A stretch of DNA of 64,000 nucleotides from Planctomycetota bacterium (GTDB lineage: Bacteria > Planctomycetota > UBA11346): positions 1 to 64,000 of the forward strand of contig JBBQSO010000007.1 of assembly GCA_038213805.1 (NCBI GenBank), read 5' to 3'. A program made the translations under genes and the position numbers. Each line of letters starts with the position of its first letter. Position 1 is the first letter of the stretch. Of the stretch, positions 45,147 to 55,000 are shown piece by piece. The notes beneath the pieces are model-generated. The model was given only the letters and a program-made list of their open reading frames with translations, was not told the DNA's origin and made no database searches.

Positions 45147-46891
45147 ACACCACCGCGAAGCTCACCGCCATCGTCGCCACGCTCGCCGCGGCGGGTTCGC
45201 TCCTGCTCGGCTGGAGCGTGCGCACCGGCAGCAGTCGTCCGATCCCAGGGGCGGTCAGCGCCAGTGAGCAGGTCGCAGTGGCCCTCAGCAAGCCGATGCC
45301 CGTGCCGGATGCCGCGCTCATGCCCCTCGAGCAGGTCTATGCGGCCTACGAACATCTCCGCGATCACCTGGCGCTGGACCAGCTGCCGGGAGTGGCGACC
45401 GATGCACAGGCGCTGACCGCGGCTTTGACCGCCGCCAAGCTGGCCCTGCCGGCCGATCATCCCGCAGCGGAGCTGGTCATCACCGCCTTGGCACACGGCG
45501 GGCATCTCGCCGCCGCCGCCTCGCTTGAGGATGCGCGGGAACATTTCGCCACCATCAGCCACGCCCTGGTCGCGATCGCCGAGGGCGAGCCCCGCCTTCA
45601 GAAAGGGCATGTCGTCTTCAGCTGCCCGATGACCAAGGGCTACAAGAAATGGATTCAGGGAACCTCGGCCAAGAGCAATCCCTACATGGGCACGATGATG
45701 TCCACCTGCGGGACGACCACCACCTGGATGGCCGACGAGCACGCCACCCCGCACGCGGCGATGAGCCCCGGGGGCGCCAAGGACATCGCCTTCTTCACCT
45801 GCTCCATGCACCCAGCGGTGAAGATGCAGACACCCGGGAGCTGCCCCATCTGCAGCATGGATCTGATTTCGGTGACCAAGGAACAGGTCGCCTCAGGTGA
45901 GATCATGGTGGACGAATCCCGCCGCCAGCTGATCGGCATCCGCACCGCCGCGATCATCAAGCAGCCGATGCACATCCTGATCAATGCGGTCGGCCATGTC
46001 GCCTATGACGAGTCCGGGTATTCCGACGTCAGCCTCAAGGTCGGTGGCTGGGTCACCAAGCTCATCGCCGACACCACCGGGGCATTCGTCGAGCAGGGTC
46101 GGCCGCTCTTCACCCTGTACAGCCCTGAGCTTTACGCGGCAGAGCAGGAATACCTGCTGATGCTCCATGCCCAGCCCACCACCGCCACAGCGGTCGGTGG
46201 TGGCATCCTTGAAGCCGCCCGCGAACGCCTGCGGCTCTGGGACCTCGATGACGCCCAGATCAGCGAGATCCGCGAGCACGGCGCGCAAAAGGACCAGGTC
46301 ATCGTCGCCCCGGCCTCAGGGTACCTCATCGCCAAGGACATCGTGCAGGGCGCTGCGGTGGTGCCGGGACAGCGGCTCTTCCGCATCGCCCCCATCGACC
46401 GCATCTGGATCCTGGCCGAGATCTTCGAGACGGACATCGCGGTGGTCGCGGTCGGCCAGTCGGCGACGGTGACGCTGCCCTACGCGCCTGGCGAGACCTT
46501 CACCGGAACCATCGACTACCTCTATCCCTACCTCAATGCCGATACGCGCAGCGTGCGCGCCCGCATCCGGCTCGAGAACGTCGACCACCACCTGCGACCC
46601 GAAATGTATGCGACGGTGGCCATCGCGGTCGAGGTCGGCGAGCGCCTGCTGGTACCGAAGTCGGCGGTGGTCTACACCGGTCCACGGCGACTGGTGTTCG
46701 TCGACCTGGGTGAAGGGCGGCTGCGTCCACACCAGGTGAAGCTCGGCCTCGCCAACGCCGAGTCCTACGAAGTGCTCAGCGGCTTGGCACCGGGCGACAA
46801 GGTCGTGACCTCCGGCAACTTCCTGGTCGCGGCCGAGAGCCGCATCCGTTCGGCCGAGCAGTACTGGGGAGATGACCATGACGCCAAATGA
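45143..46891 (+). CDS. cusB: RND periplasmic adaptor (CusB-like) with DUF3347-like and heavy-metal-binding domains
   Basis: FSCPM..NPYMG..CG; FTCSMHP..PGSCPICSMDL; LYSPEL; LRPEMY. Confidence 0.88.
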   Translation: MNTTAKLTAIVATLAAAGSLLLGWSVRTGSSRPIPGAVSASEQVAVALSKPMPVPDAALMPLEQVYAAYEHLRDHLALDQLPGVATDAQALTAALTAAKLALPADHPAAELVITALAHGGHLAAAASLEDAREHFATISHALVAIAEGEPRLQKGHVVFSCPMTKGYKKWIQGTSAKSNPYMGTMMSTCGTTTTWMADEHATPHAAMSPGGAKDIAFFTCSMHPAVKMQTPGSCPICSMDLISVTKEQVASGEIMVDESRRQLIGIRTAAIIKQPMHILINAVGHVAYDESGYSDVSLKVGGWVTKLIADTTGAFVEQGRPLFTLYSPELYAAEQEYLLMLHAQPTTATAVGGGILEAARERLRLWDLDDAQISEIREHGAQKDQVIVAPASGYLIAKDIVQGAAVVPGQRLFRIAPIDRIWILAEIFETDIAVVAVGQSATVTLPYAPGETFTGTIDYLYPYLNADTRSVRARIRLENVDHHLRPEMYATVAIAVEVGERLLVPKSAVVYTGPRRLVFVDLGEGRLRPHQVKLGLANAESYEVLSGLAPGDKVVTSGNFLVAAESRIRSAEQYWGDDHDAK

Positions 46892-49800
46892 GCCACCCGT
46901 GTCCGCGGCGCCGAAACTCGGGCCCATCGCCCGGATCATCGCGGTCTGCGCCCGCCATCCGGCGATGACCATCATCCTGGCCCTGGCCCTGGTGGGCTGG
47001 GGCTATTTCTCACTGCGTAAAACGCCGCTGGACGCCATCCCGGACCTGTCCGACATCCAGGTGATCATCTTCACCGACTGGCAGGGCCGCAGCCCCGACC
47101 TGGTCGAAGACCAGGTCACCTATCCGATCATGACCACGCTGCTCGCGGCGCCGAAGATCAAAGCGGTGCGTGGCCAGTCCTTCTTCGGTCTGTCCTTCGT
47201 CTATGCGATCTTCGAGGACAACACCGACATCTACTGGGCGCGCAGCCGGGTCCTGGAATACCTCAACACCGTGCAGGGGAAGCTGCCCGAAACCGCCAAG
47301 CCACGCATCGGTCCCGATGCGTCGGGCGTCGGCTGGGTCTTCGAATATGCCCTGGTGGACCGGTCCGGCGGACACGACCTCCAACAGCTGCGCGCGCTGC
47401 AGGACTGGAACCTGCGCTATGCGCTGGAGAGCGTTCCGGGCGTCGCCGAGGTCGCCTCGGTGGGCGGATTCGTCAAGCAGTACCAGGTCCAGTGCGACCC
47501 CGCCAAACTGCTCTCCTACCACGTCGCCATCCCGGAGATCGTCAAGGCGATCCGCGCCTCGAACGCGGACGTCGGCGGCGAGGTCATCGAGATCAGCGGT
47601 CACGAGAACATGGTGCGCGGTCGCGGGTACGTGAAGTCCATCGCCGACCTGGAGGACATCCCGGTACGCTTCTCCGACAACGGGGTCCCGGTCTTCCTCA
47701 AGGATGTCGCGGTGATCAACCTCGGCCCGGAGACCCGGCGGGGCATTGCCGATCTCAACGGCGAGGGCGAGGTCGTCGGCGGCATCGTCGTCATGCGCTA
47801 CGGCATGAACGCCCTGTCGGTGATCGATGCAGTGAAGGCCCGCCTGAAGGAGATCCAAGCGGGCCTGCCCGCCGGCATCGAGGTGGTCCCCACCTATGAC
47901 CGTTCCGGTCTGATCCGCGATTCGATCCACACCCTGACACGCACCATCATCGAGGAGATGGTGGTGGTCAGCCTGGTGATCTTCCTGTTCTTGCTGCACG
48001 TGCGCAGCGCGCTGGTGCCGATTCTGACCCTGCCGATCGCGGTCCTGCTCGCATTCATCCCGATGTATTACCAGGGTCTGACCGCCAACATCATGTCGCT
48101 TGGCGGCATCGCCGTGGCGATCGGCGCGATGGTCGACGCCTCGATCATCATGGTCGAGAACATCCACAAGAAGCTGGAAGCCTGGGAGAGCCATGGGCGC
48201 CAGACCCCGCGAATCGAGGTGGTGATCGGGGCGATGCAGGAGGTCGGCCCGTCGATCTTCTTCGCGCTGCTGGTGATCACGGTGTCGTTCATGCCGATCT
48301 TCACCCTGGAAGGCACCGAGGGGAAGCTGTTCAGCCCCCTGGCTTACACCAAGACCTACTCGATGGGCTTCGCGGCGATCCTGGCCGTCACCCTGGCCCC
48401 GGCCCTGGCCGCCATCTTCATCCGCGGCAAGATCCTCAAAGAGGACCACAACCTCGTCAATCGCTGGCTGATCCGCCTGTACGCGCCGGTCGTGCGCTTC
48501 GTGGTGCGCTTCCGCTGGCCGGTGATCATCGCGGCGCTGATCACGGTGCTGGCGACCATTCCCGCCTATCTGCATCTCGGCAGCGAGTTCATGCCGCCGC
48601 TCAATGAAGGCGCCATCCTCTACATGCCGACCAGCCCGCCCGGGATGTCGATCACCGAGGCCGGCAACGTCCTCCAGGCGATGGACCGCGAACTCAAGAC
48701 CTTCCCGGAGGTGGTCTCGGTGTTCGGCAAGATGGGGCGCAGCGAGTCCCCGACCGATCCGGCGCCGATCAACATGGTCGAGACCGTGGTCGTGCTGAAA
48801 CCGCGCAGCGAATGGCGTGCGGGGATGACCTGGGACAAGCTCATCAAGGAGATGGATACCAAGCTGCTCTATCCGGGCATGCCCAACGTCTGGTGGATGC
48901 CGATCCAGACCCGCACCGAGATGCTCGCCACCGGCATCCGCAGCCCGCTCGGCATCGAGGTCTACGGCAACACGCTGGAAGACATCGAGAAGACCACCCT
49001 GGCGATCGAGCGGGTCGTCGGCCAGGTCATGGGCACGCGCTCAGCCTTTGCCGAGCGCACGGTCGGAGGATTCTATATCGACTTCGCGGTCAAGCGCCGC
49101 GAGGCGGCGCGGCTTGGGCTGCGGGTGGAAGACGTCAACCAGATGGTGGCGACCGCGATCGGTGGGCTGAGCGTTGGCGAAACCGTCGAGGGTCGCGAGC
49201 GTTACCCCATCAACGTCCGTTACGCGCGCGAATTCCGCGATGACCCGAACGCCCTCGGCAAGACCCTGATCGCCCTGCCGAGCGGCGCTCAGGTGCCGAT
49301 GTCGGAAGTCGCCGACATCCGCTTCGTCAACGGCCCACCGATGCTGCGCAGCGAAGGCGGCAAGCTGGTGAGCTATGTATTCGTGGACGTGGCCAACCGG
49401 CCGTTCGCCGACTACGTCGACGAGGCCAAGGCGGTGGTCGCCAAGGAAGTCGTGCTGCCAGCTGGCGTGCGCCTGGACTGGGTCGGGCAGTACAAATATT
49501 TTGAACGCGCCAAGGCCAAGCTGGCCCTGGTCGTGCCGATCACGCTGCTGATCGTGATGTTCCTGCTTTTCCTGAACACCAAATCGGTGGTCGAGACCAT
49601 GATCGTCATGATGGCGGTGCCATTCTCGCTGGTCGGAGCGATCTGGTTGTTGTGGCTGCTCGACTACAACATGAGCGTAGCGGTGTGGGTCGGCCTCATC
49701 GCCCTGGCGGGCCTCGATGCGGAGACCGGGGTGATCATGCTCCTCTATCTGACCTTCGCCCATCGCCGCTGGCTTGACGAGGGTCGCCTGAGGACGGCTG

Positions 49801-50066
49801 ATGACCTGCGCGACCTCATCGTCGAAGGTGCGGCCCAGCGCATCCGCCCCAAGCTCATGACCGTCCTCGCGGCCATGGTTGGTCTGATCCCGATCCTGTG
49901 GAGCGACGGCACCGGCGCCGATGTCATGAAACGCATCGCGGCACCGATGATCGGCGGCCTGGTGACCTCCTTCCTGCTGGAGCTGACGGTCTATCCGGCG
50001 CTCTTCGCCCTCTGGAAAAGCCGCAGCCTGCCGGTCACGGCTCCCGCGATCACCTCCCCACTCTGA
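46872..50066 (+). CDS. cusA: Cu(I)/Ag(I) heavy-metal efflux RND transporter
   Basis: DAIPDLSDIQV, AIGAMVDA, EFMPPLNEG.ILYMP, RIRPKLMT, MKRIAAPMIGG. Confidence 0.95.
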   Translation: MTMTPNEPPVSAAPKLGPIARIIAVCARHPAMTIILALALVGWGYFSLRKTPLDAIPDLSDIQVIIFTDWQGRSPDLVEDQVTYPIMTTLLAAPKIKAVRGQSFFGLSFVYAIFEDNTDIYWARSRVLEYLNTVQGKLPETAKPRIGPDASGVGWVFEYALVDRSGGHDLQQLRALQDWNLRYALESVPGVAEVASVGGFVKQYQVQCDPAKLLSYHVAIPEIVKAIRASNADVGGEVIEISGHENMVRGRGYVKSIADLEDIPVRFSDNGVPVFLKDVAVINLGPETRRGIADLNGEGEVVGGIVVMRYGMNALSVIDAVKARLKEIQAGLPAGIEVVPTYDRSGLIRDSIHTLTRTIIEEMVVVSLVIFLFLLHVRSALVPILTLPIAVLLAFIPMYYQGLTANIMSLGGIAVAIGAMVDASIIMVENIHKKLEAWESHGRQTPRIEVVIGAMQEVGPSIFFALLVITVSFMPIFTLEGTEGKLFSPLAYTKTYSMGFAAILAVTLAPALAAIFIRGKILKEDHNLVNRWLIRLYAPVVRFVVRFRWPVIIAALITVLATIPAYLHLGSEFMPPLNEGAILYMPTSPPGMSITEAGNVLQAMDRELKTFPEVVSVFGKMGRSESPTDPAPINMVETVVVLKPRSEWRAGMTWDKLIKEMDTKLLYPGMPNVWWMPIQTRTEMLATGIRSPLGIEVYGNTLEDIEKTTLAIERVVGQVMGTRSAFAERTVGGFYIDFAVKRREAARLGLRVEDVNQMVATAIGGLSVGETVEGRERYPINVRYAREFRDDPNALGKTLIALPSGAQVPMSEVADIRFVNGPPMLRSEGGKLVSYVFVDVANRPFADYVDEAKAVVAKEVVLPAGVRLDWVGQYKYFERAKAKLALVVPITLLIVMFLLFLNTKSVVETMIVMMAVPFSLVGAIWLLWLLDYNMSVAVWVGLIALAGLDAETGVIMLLYLTFAHRRWLDEGRLRTADDLRDLIVEGAAQRIRPKLMTVLAAMVGLIPILWSDGTGADVMKRIAAPMIGGLVTSFLLELTVYPALFALWKSRSLPVTAPAITSPL

Positions 50067-50269
50067 TTCCACGTCGCGGCCTGCGGGCAAAACGGCCCTC
50101 ACCCGCTTACGTTTCCGATGCGAACCAAAAGCGCGTCGGGACCTGACTCGCAGTGTGTTCCCGCACGCGCGGTTCCCGGCAGCACAGGATGGCCACGGGT
50201 TGCCCCCCCGTGCAAGCCGGCAGTGCTCCCGCCGGCGCCGGCTACCAGAACCCTGCACTCACTTGCTGG

Positions 50270-50566
50270 CGGCAACCTCATCACGTGGTCCACATGGACC
50301 ATCAGGGTCGGCAGGGTCTGGGCAGCGAAGACGCGTAATCTGGTGTCCTTTTCGTCCTGACTCTCAGCGGTGAACAGGTAGACCGCTTGTTTGAGGGTCT
50401 TCTCGTGGCATTCGAAGTAGTCCTTCGCGAAGTCCTTGTCCGCGGCGCTGCCGAGCTTGTCGAGTTTCACCTGAAGTTTCTTGTCGAGGTCGTTCGCCAG
50501 CGTGACGCCCTGCTTCGCCGCGAGGGCGAAAAATCCGCTGTTGGCCTTGGTATGATCGTCGATCAT
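50270..50566 (-). pseudogene. DUF4142 domain remnant (5'-truncated)
   Basis: MIDDHTKAN...DFAKDY..HEK..LF..LRVFAAQTLPTL..H; lacks the N-terminal part and runs on into unrelated sequence. Confidence 0.6.
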
Positions 50567-50618
50567 CTGGCGTCGCCGACTACCTGGTGGCCATGACCGC
50601 CCGAGCAGATACGGTCAT

Positions 50619-51686
50619 ATGCAGACCATGCCATTCGCCCCCGTGCCCAGCCTGCGCGAGATCTCAGAACGTTGCGGCATGGCCAGGTCGACGGTCGGCC
50701 ACATCCTGGGCGGTCGCTCGCACCTGTTCCGGCCCGAAACGCGCGAGCTGGTGCTGCGCACGGCGGAGCAGCTGGGCTGGAAGCGGCCCGCGGACTGGCG
50801 GTCCGTGCGGCGTGCGCGCTTCGGCTGCGCTGTGCTGCTGAAGAGCGTCATGCAGGAATGCAGCTGGATCGGGATGAATTTCCTCGTCGCCCTCGAAGAC
50901 CGCCTGCTGGATCGGAACATGCACCTGGCGATGGCGCGCCTGCCCGACGCCACCCTCGCCTCGGAGACCGCCCTGCGCCGGCTGCTGAAGCAGTGGTCGG
51001 CCGATGGGATGTTCATCAGCTACACGCAGCGGCCCCCACCGCGCCTGCACGCGCTGATCGCCGGCCTGGACCTGCCCGCGGTGTGGCTGAACAGCTGCGC
51101 CGCGATGGATGCGGTGCACCCCGACGACCTGGGGGCTGGACGCAGCGCAGCGGAGCTGCTGCTCGCAGCGGGTCACCGCCGCATCGCCTACGTCGGATAT
51201 GCTTTTCCGCTCAACACGCCAGCCGACAAACTGCACTACAGCGACGCGGATCGTCCAGCCGGCGCCCGGACTGCGGTGCTCGCCTGCGGAGCGGACTGGC
51301 GGCATGTCGGTGGCGTCGACAGCACCTTGGTCGCCACGTGGCGCGAGCGCCTGGCGCGCAGCGACCGCGAGACCGCCGTGATCGCCTACAGTCCGCACCA
51401 GATCCTGCCCGTGCTCCATGCCGCGGCGCTGCTGGGCCTGCGCGTGCCCCATGACCTGTCGCTGATCACTTTCCACGACGAGAACGTGCGGCTGCTCGAC
51501 CAGGAGATCGCTTGTCTCGAGCTGCCCGACGCAAACCTCGCCGAGATCGCTGTCGCGCATCTCTGCGCCCGCATCGGTGGCGCGCCGTCCCGTGCGCTTG
51601 ATCCGGTGCCGTTCACGGTGCGTTCGACGCTGACGGTCGGGCCGCCTCCAGCGCGCGGACCGTCGCGGTCGGGCACGCGGCACTGA
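50619..51686 (+). CDS. LacI-family transcriptional regulator
   Basis: SLREISERCGMARSTVGHIL..ETRELV; GHRRIAY; LRVPHDLSLI. Confidence 0.9.
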   Translation: MQTMPFAPVPSLREISERCGMARSTVGHILGGRSHLFRPETRELVLRTAEQLGWKRPADWRSVRRARFGCAVLLKSVMQECSWIGMNFLVALEDRLLDRNMHLAMARLPDATLASETALRRLLKQWSADGMFISYTQRPPPRLHALIAGLDLPAVWLNSCAAMDAVHPDDLGAGRSAAELLLAAGHRRIAYVGYAFPLNTPADKLHYSDADRPAGARTAVLACGADWRHVGGVDSTLVATWRERLARSDRETAVIAYSPHQILPVLHAAALLGLRVPHDLSLITFHDENVRLLDQEIACLELPDANLAEIAVAHLCARIGGAPSRALDPVPFTVRSTLTVGPPPARGPSRSGTRH

Positions 51687-51885
51687 CGCGGACGGGCGCT
51701 GCCCGACCAGACGCGGCGCGGCGCGCATCAGCAGCGCTGCAGCGTGGAAGAAAAATCAGCACTACATGAGGCAGGCGCGTTCGCGCCGACCCGCAAGCGT
51801 CCACGTTTCCGGACGTGTCATACTCCACCGATCGTGCCGATTTTTAGACAGCTGCTTAGACATGGGTGGGCTACGCTGCCGGGCC

Positions 51886-52050
51886 ATGCCCCAGCCCGCC
51901 CGACCCGGCCATCCACGCGCACGCGCGCCCTCGGGGCATTGCTTGCCGTTACTTTGCTGGTCGGCGCGACCGCCTGCATCCGGGCCGCGGATCTGCAGGT
52001 GATGACCGTCGGCGACGCGATCACCGCCGGCTTCCAGTATCAGCCTCACT
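51886..52050 (+). pseudogene. N-terminal remnant of a secreted SGNH hydrolase
   Basis: Signal-like ALGALLAVTLLVGATA followed by VMTVGDAITAG (GDSIT-like); truncated just before the GH31 RBS. Confidence 0.45.
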
Positions 52051-52065
52051 CAAAAGGAAAAGCAC

Positions 52066-55000
52066 ATGAGCCTCGCTCCCCGCCGCGACACCACGCTGTC
52101 GATCCGCTCCTCGCGCCTGCTGTCGACCGCCCTTGGCGGGCTTGGCTGCCTGGCCCTGTCCACCGCGGTGGCGGCGGCCGAGCCTGGGAACGTCACGCTC
52201 CAGGCGCAAACCGCGGAATCGGTCACCCTGGCCAACGCCGGGGGTGATCGCGTCTTCGTGCGCGTGCTGAAACCGAATCTGCTGGAGGTCGATTACCGCC
52301 CCGGCAACCAGACCTCGCCAATGACGCTGATCATGGATCCCGGCTTCGCCGCGAAGACCTGGTCGCCGGGCACCGTCTCGATCGCCGATGGCGCGTCCGA
52401 GGTGGTGCTGACCACGTCGGCCATGGTCGTGCGCATCGCCAAGTCCCCCTGCCGCGTGAACGTCTACGAGACCGACGGCACGACGCGCATTTTCGGCGAG
52501 GCGGCCGCCGCGGGCATGACCGACGCGCGGGTGAAGTTCGAGTTCGACGCGAACCTCAACTGGTACGGCATCCAGTCCGCGCCCAGCACGCGCGGACGGG
52601 AGATGGGCTCCACGACCTTGGGCGATTATGTGACCAAGACCTTCGTCACGCAGCTCACCCGGCAGAACGTCACGCCGGCCGTCGACCTGAACGCGCGCTG
52701 GCACGGCAGCGAGACCGGACCCTTCGCGTGGACGACCGGCGCCGCCAGCAAGCGCGGCTTCGGTGTGCTCTGGGACAACGATGGCGGCAGCGTCGCCTTC
52801 TCAAGCACCACGCTGGAGATGAACAAGACCAACGAGCGCTGCGTCAGCGCCGTCTCGTCGACCAAGCTGGACACCCTGTGGTTCGCCATGGTGGGCACGC
52901 CCACCGAAATCACCCAGGCGATGATCGAGCTCAGCGGCCGCCCCCAGATGTTCCCCAAGTACGCCCAGGGCTTCGGCAACACCGAGTGGGGCATCAACGA
53001 GGAGGAGCTGCGCTCGCACATCAACGCCTACCGCTCGCGCCACATCCCGCTCGACCACTTCATCCTCGATTTCGACTGGAAGGCGTGGGATCTGAACGAC
53101 TACGGCAACTTCGAGTGGAACCTGCGCGCAACGAACGTCGCGGCCAGCGACTTCCGCGGCTTCCCCGCGGCCAGCGACACCACGCTCAAGACCTACACCG
53201 ACGCCATGGGTGTGAAGCTGATGGGCATCACCAAACCCCGCCTGCACGTCGACACCGTGCAGGGCGCGGTGATCACCGCGGGGGCGGCGACCGGGGCCAC
53301 CTGGCGCAACGCCGGCAGCGTCGGCTGGTGGCTGCCGTCCGGTAGTCCGAGCACCTTCAAGACCGACTACTGGGGTTCGCAGCGCGGCCGCAGCGACAAG
53401 GTCGGCAACCTGAACTTCTTCATCCCCGCAGCGCGCGCCTGGTATGCGCAGAACAGCATCGACCGCGCCTTCGATAAGGGCATCGTCGGTTACTGGCACG
53501 ATGAAGGCGACGAAGGCCCGGATTCGGGCGACATCCCGTCCGCGAGCAACTTCTACAATCCGCTCTACCAAGAAGGCATCTACACCTACCAGCGCGCCAA
53601 CAAGCCGGGGACCCGCGTCTGGTCGATGAACCGGCACTCGTACCTGGGTTCCCAGCGCTACGGCTATGGCGTCTGGAGCGGCGACATCAGCACCGACTGG
53701 CGCACGCTCAAGACCGAGGCGCCGCGCATGCTGCAGACCATCAACGCCGGCATGGCGCGCACGGGCACTGACGCGGGCGGGACCGCGGGAAGCGCGGATT
53801 CCATCGGCACGATCGCGACCGACGGCGTGAGCAAGAACGTCCCGACCGACGAGTTGTACGCGCGCTGGCTGCAATTCGCGGCCATGCAGCCGACTTTCCG
53901 CATCCACGGCGTCTACCTGATCAACCGCCAGCCGTGGTTCCACGGCAGCGAGGCCGAGATCGCGGCGACCGAGGTCATCCGCCTACGCTCGCGGCTGATG
54001 CCGTACATCTACGCGCACGACCGCATTTACAGCGAGACGGGTGTGCCCTTCGTGCAGCCGCTGGTGTGGGACTATCCCAAGGATGCCAACGTCGCGGAGC
54101 GCACCGACGCGTGGATGTTCGGCCGCGCACTGCTGGCCGCTCCGATCCTCGAACCCCGCGCCACCGTCACCAGCCCCGACGGCAGCCTGTCGATGGCCGG
54201 GACCACCAGCAAGTCCATCTACCTGCCGGCGGGAACCTGGTACGACTACTTCCGCGGGACGGTGCACGCGGGCGGCGCCACTTTCATCTACCCGGTGTCC
54301 ACGTCGACGCTGCGCGAACTCCCGCTCTTCATCAAGAAAGGCGCGATCATCCCCAGCCTGCCCACGGCGCTCGACCACGTCGCTGCCGCGCCCATCACCA
54401 CGGTGCGCCTGGACATGTTCCCGGACACCGCGCTGACCAGCTTCACCTATTACGACGATGACGGCGTCAGCTACCAGTACGAGAGCGGAACCTTCTTCAA
54501 GCAGGCCGTGTCGGTGCAGCAGAGCGGGTCAACCGTCACCGTCGCCTTCGCCGACAAGCAGGGCGGATTCGCACCCGCGCTGCAGCACTATCTGATCGCG
54601 ATCAACAAGTTCTCGGCAACCACGGTGGCCGGCTTCACCAGCTTCGCTTCGCAGGCCGCGCTGGAGGCTGCCTCCGGTGAAGGCTATGCCATCGGGTCGG
54701 GCGTGCACGGCAGCATCACGTACATCAAGGTCGCTGCAGGCTCTGCGCGCACCATCACCGCGACCGGGACGAATCCGGGTCTGGGCATTGCGACCACCAC
54801 GCTGCCCGCGGCGACGCGGAATGCCCCCTATGACGCGCAGCTCGGCGCAGATGGTCTCGGCGCCAGCTCCACCTGGAGCGTCACGCCCGCCCTTCCCGCC
54901 GGCCTGGTCTTGGATGCGCGCACCGGGCGCATCACTGGTGCAGCGACTGTCGCGGGCAGCACCTCGTACACCTTCCAGGTGTCTTCGGGCGCGACCGCCA

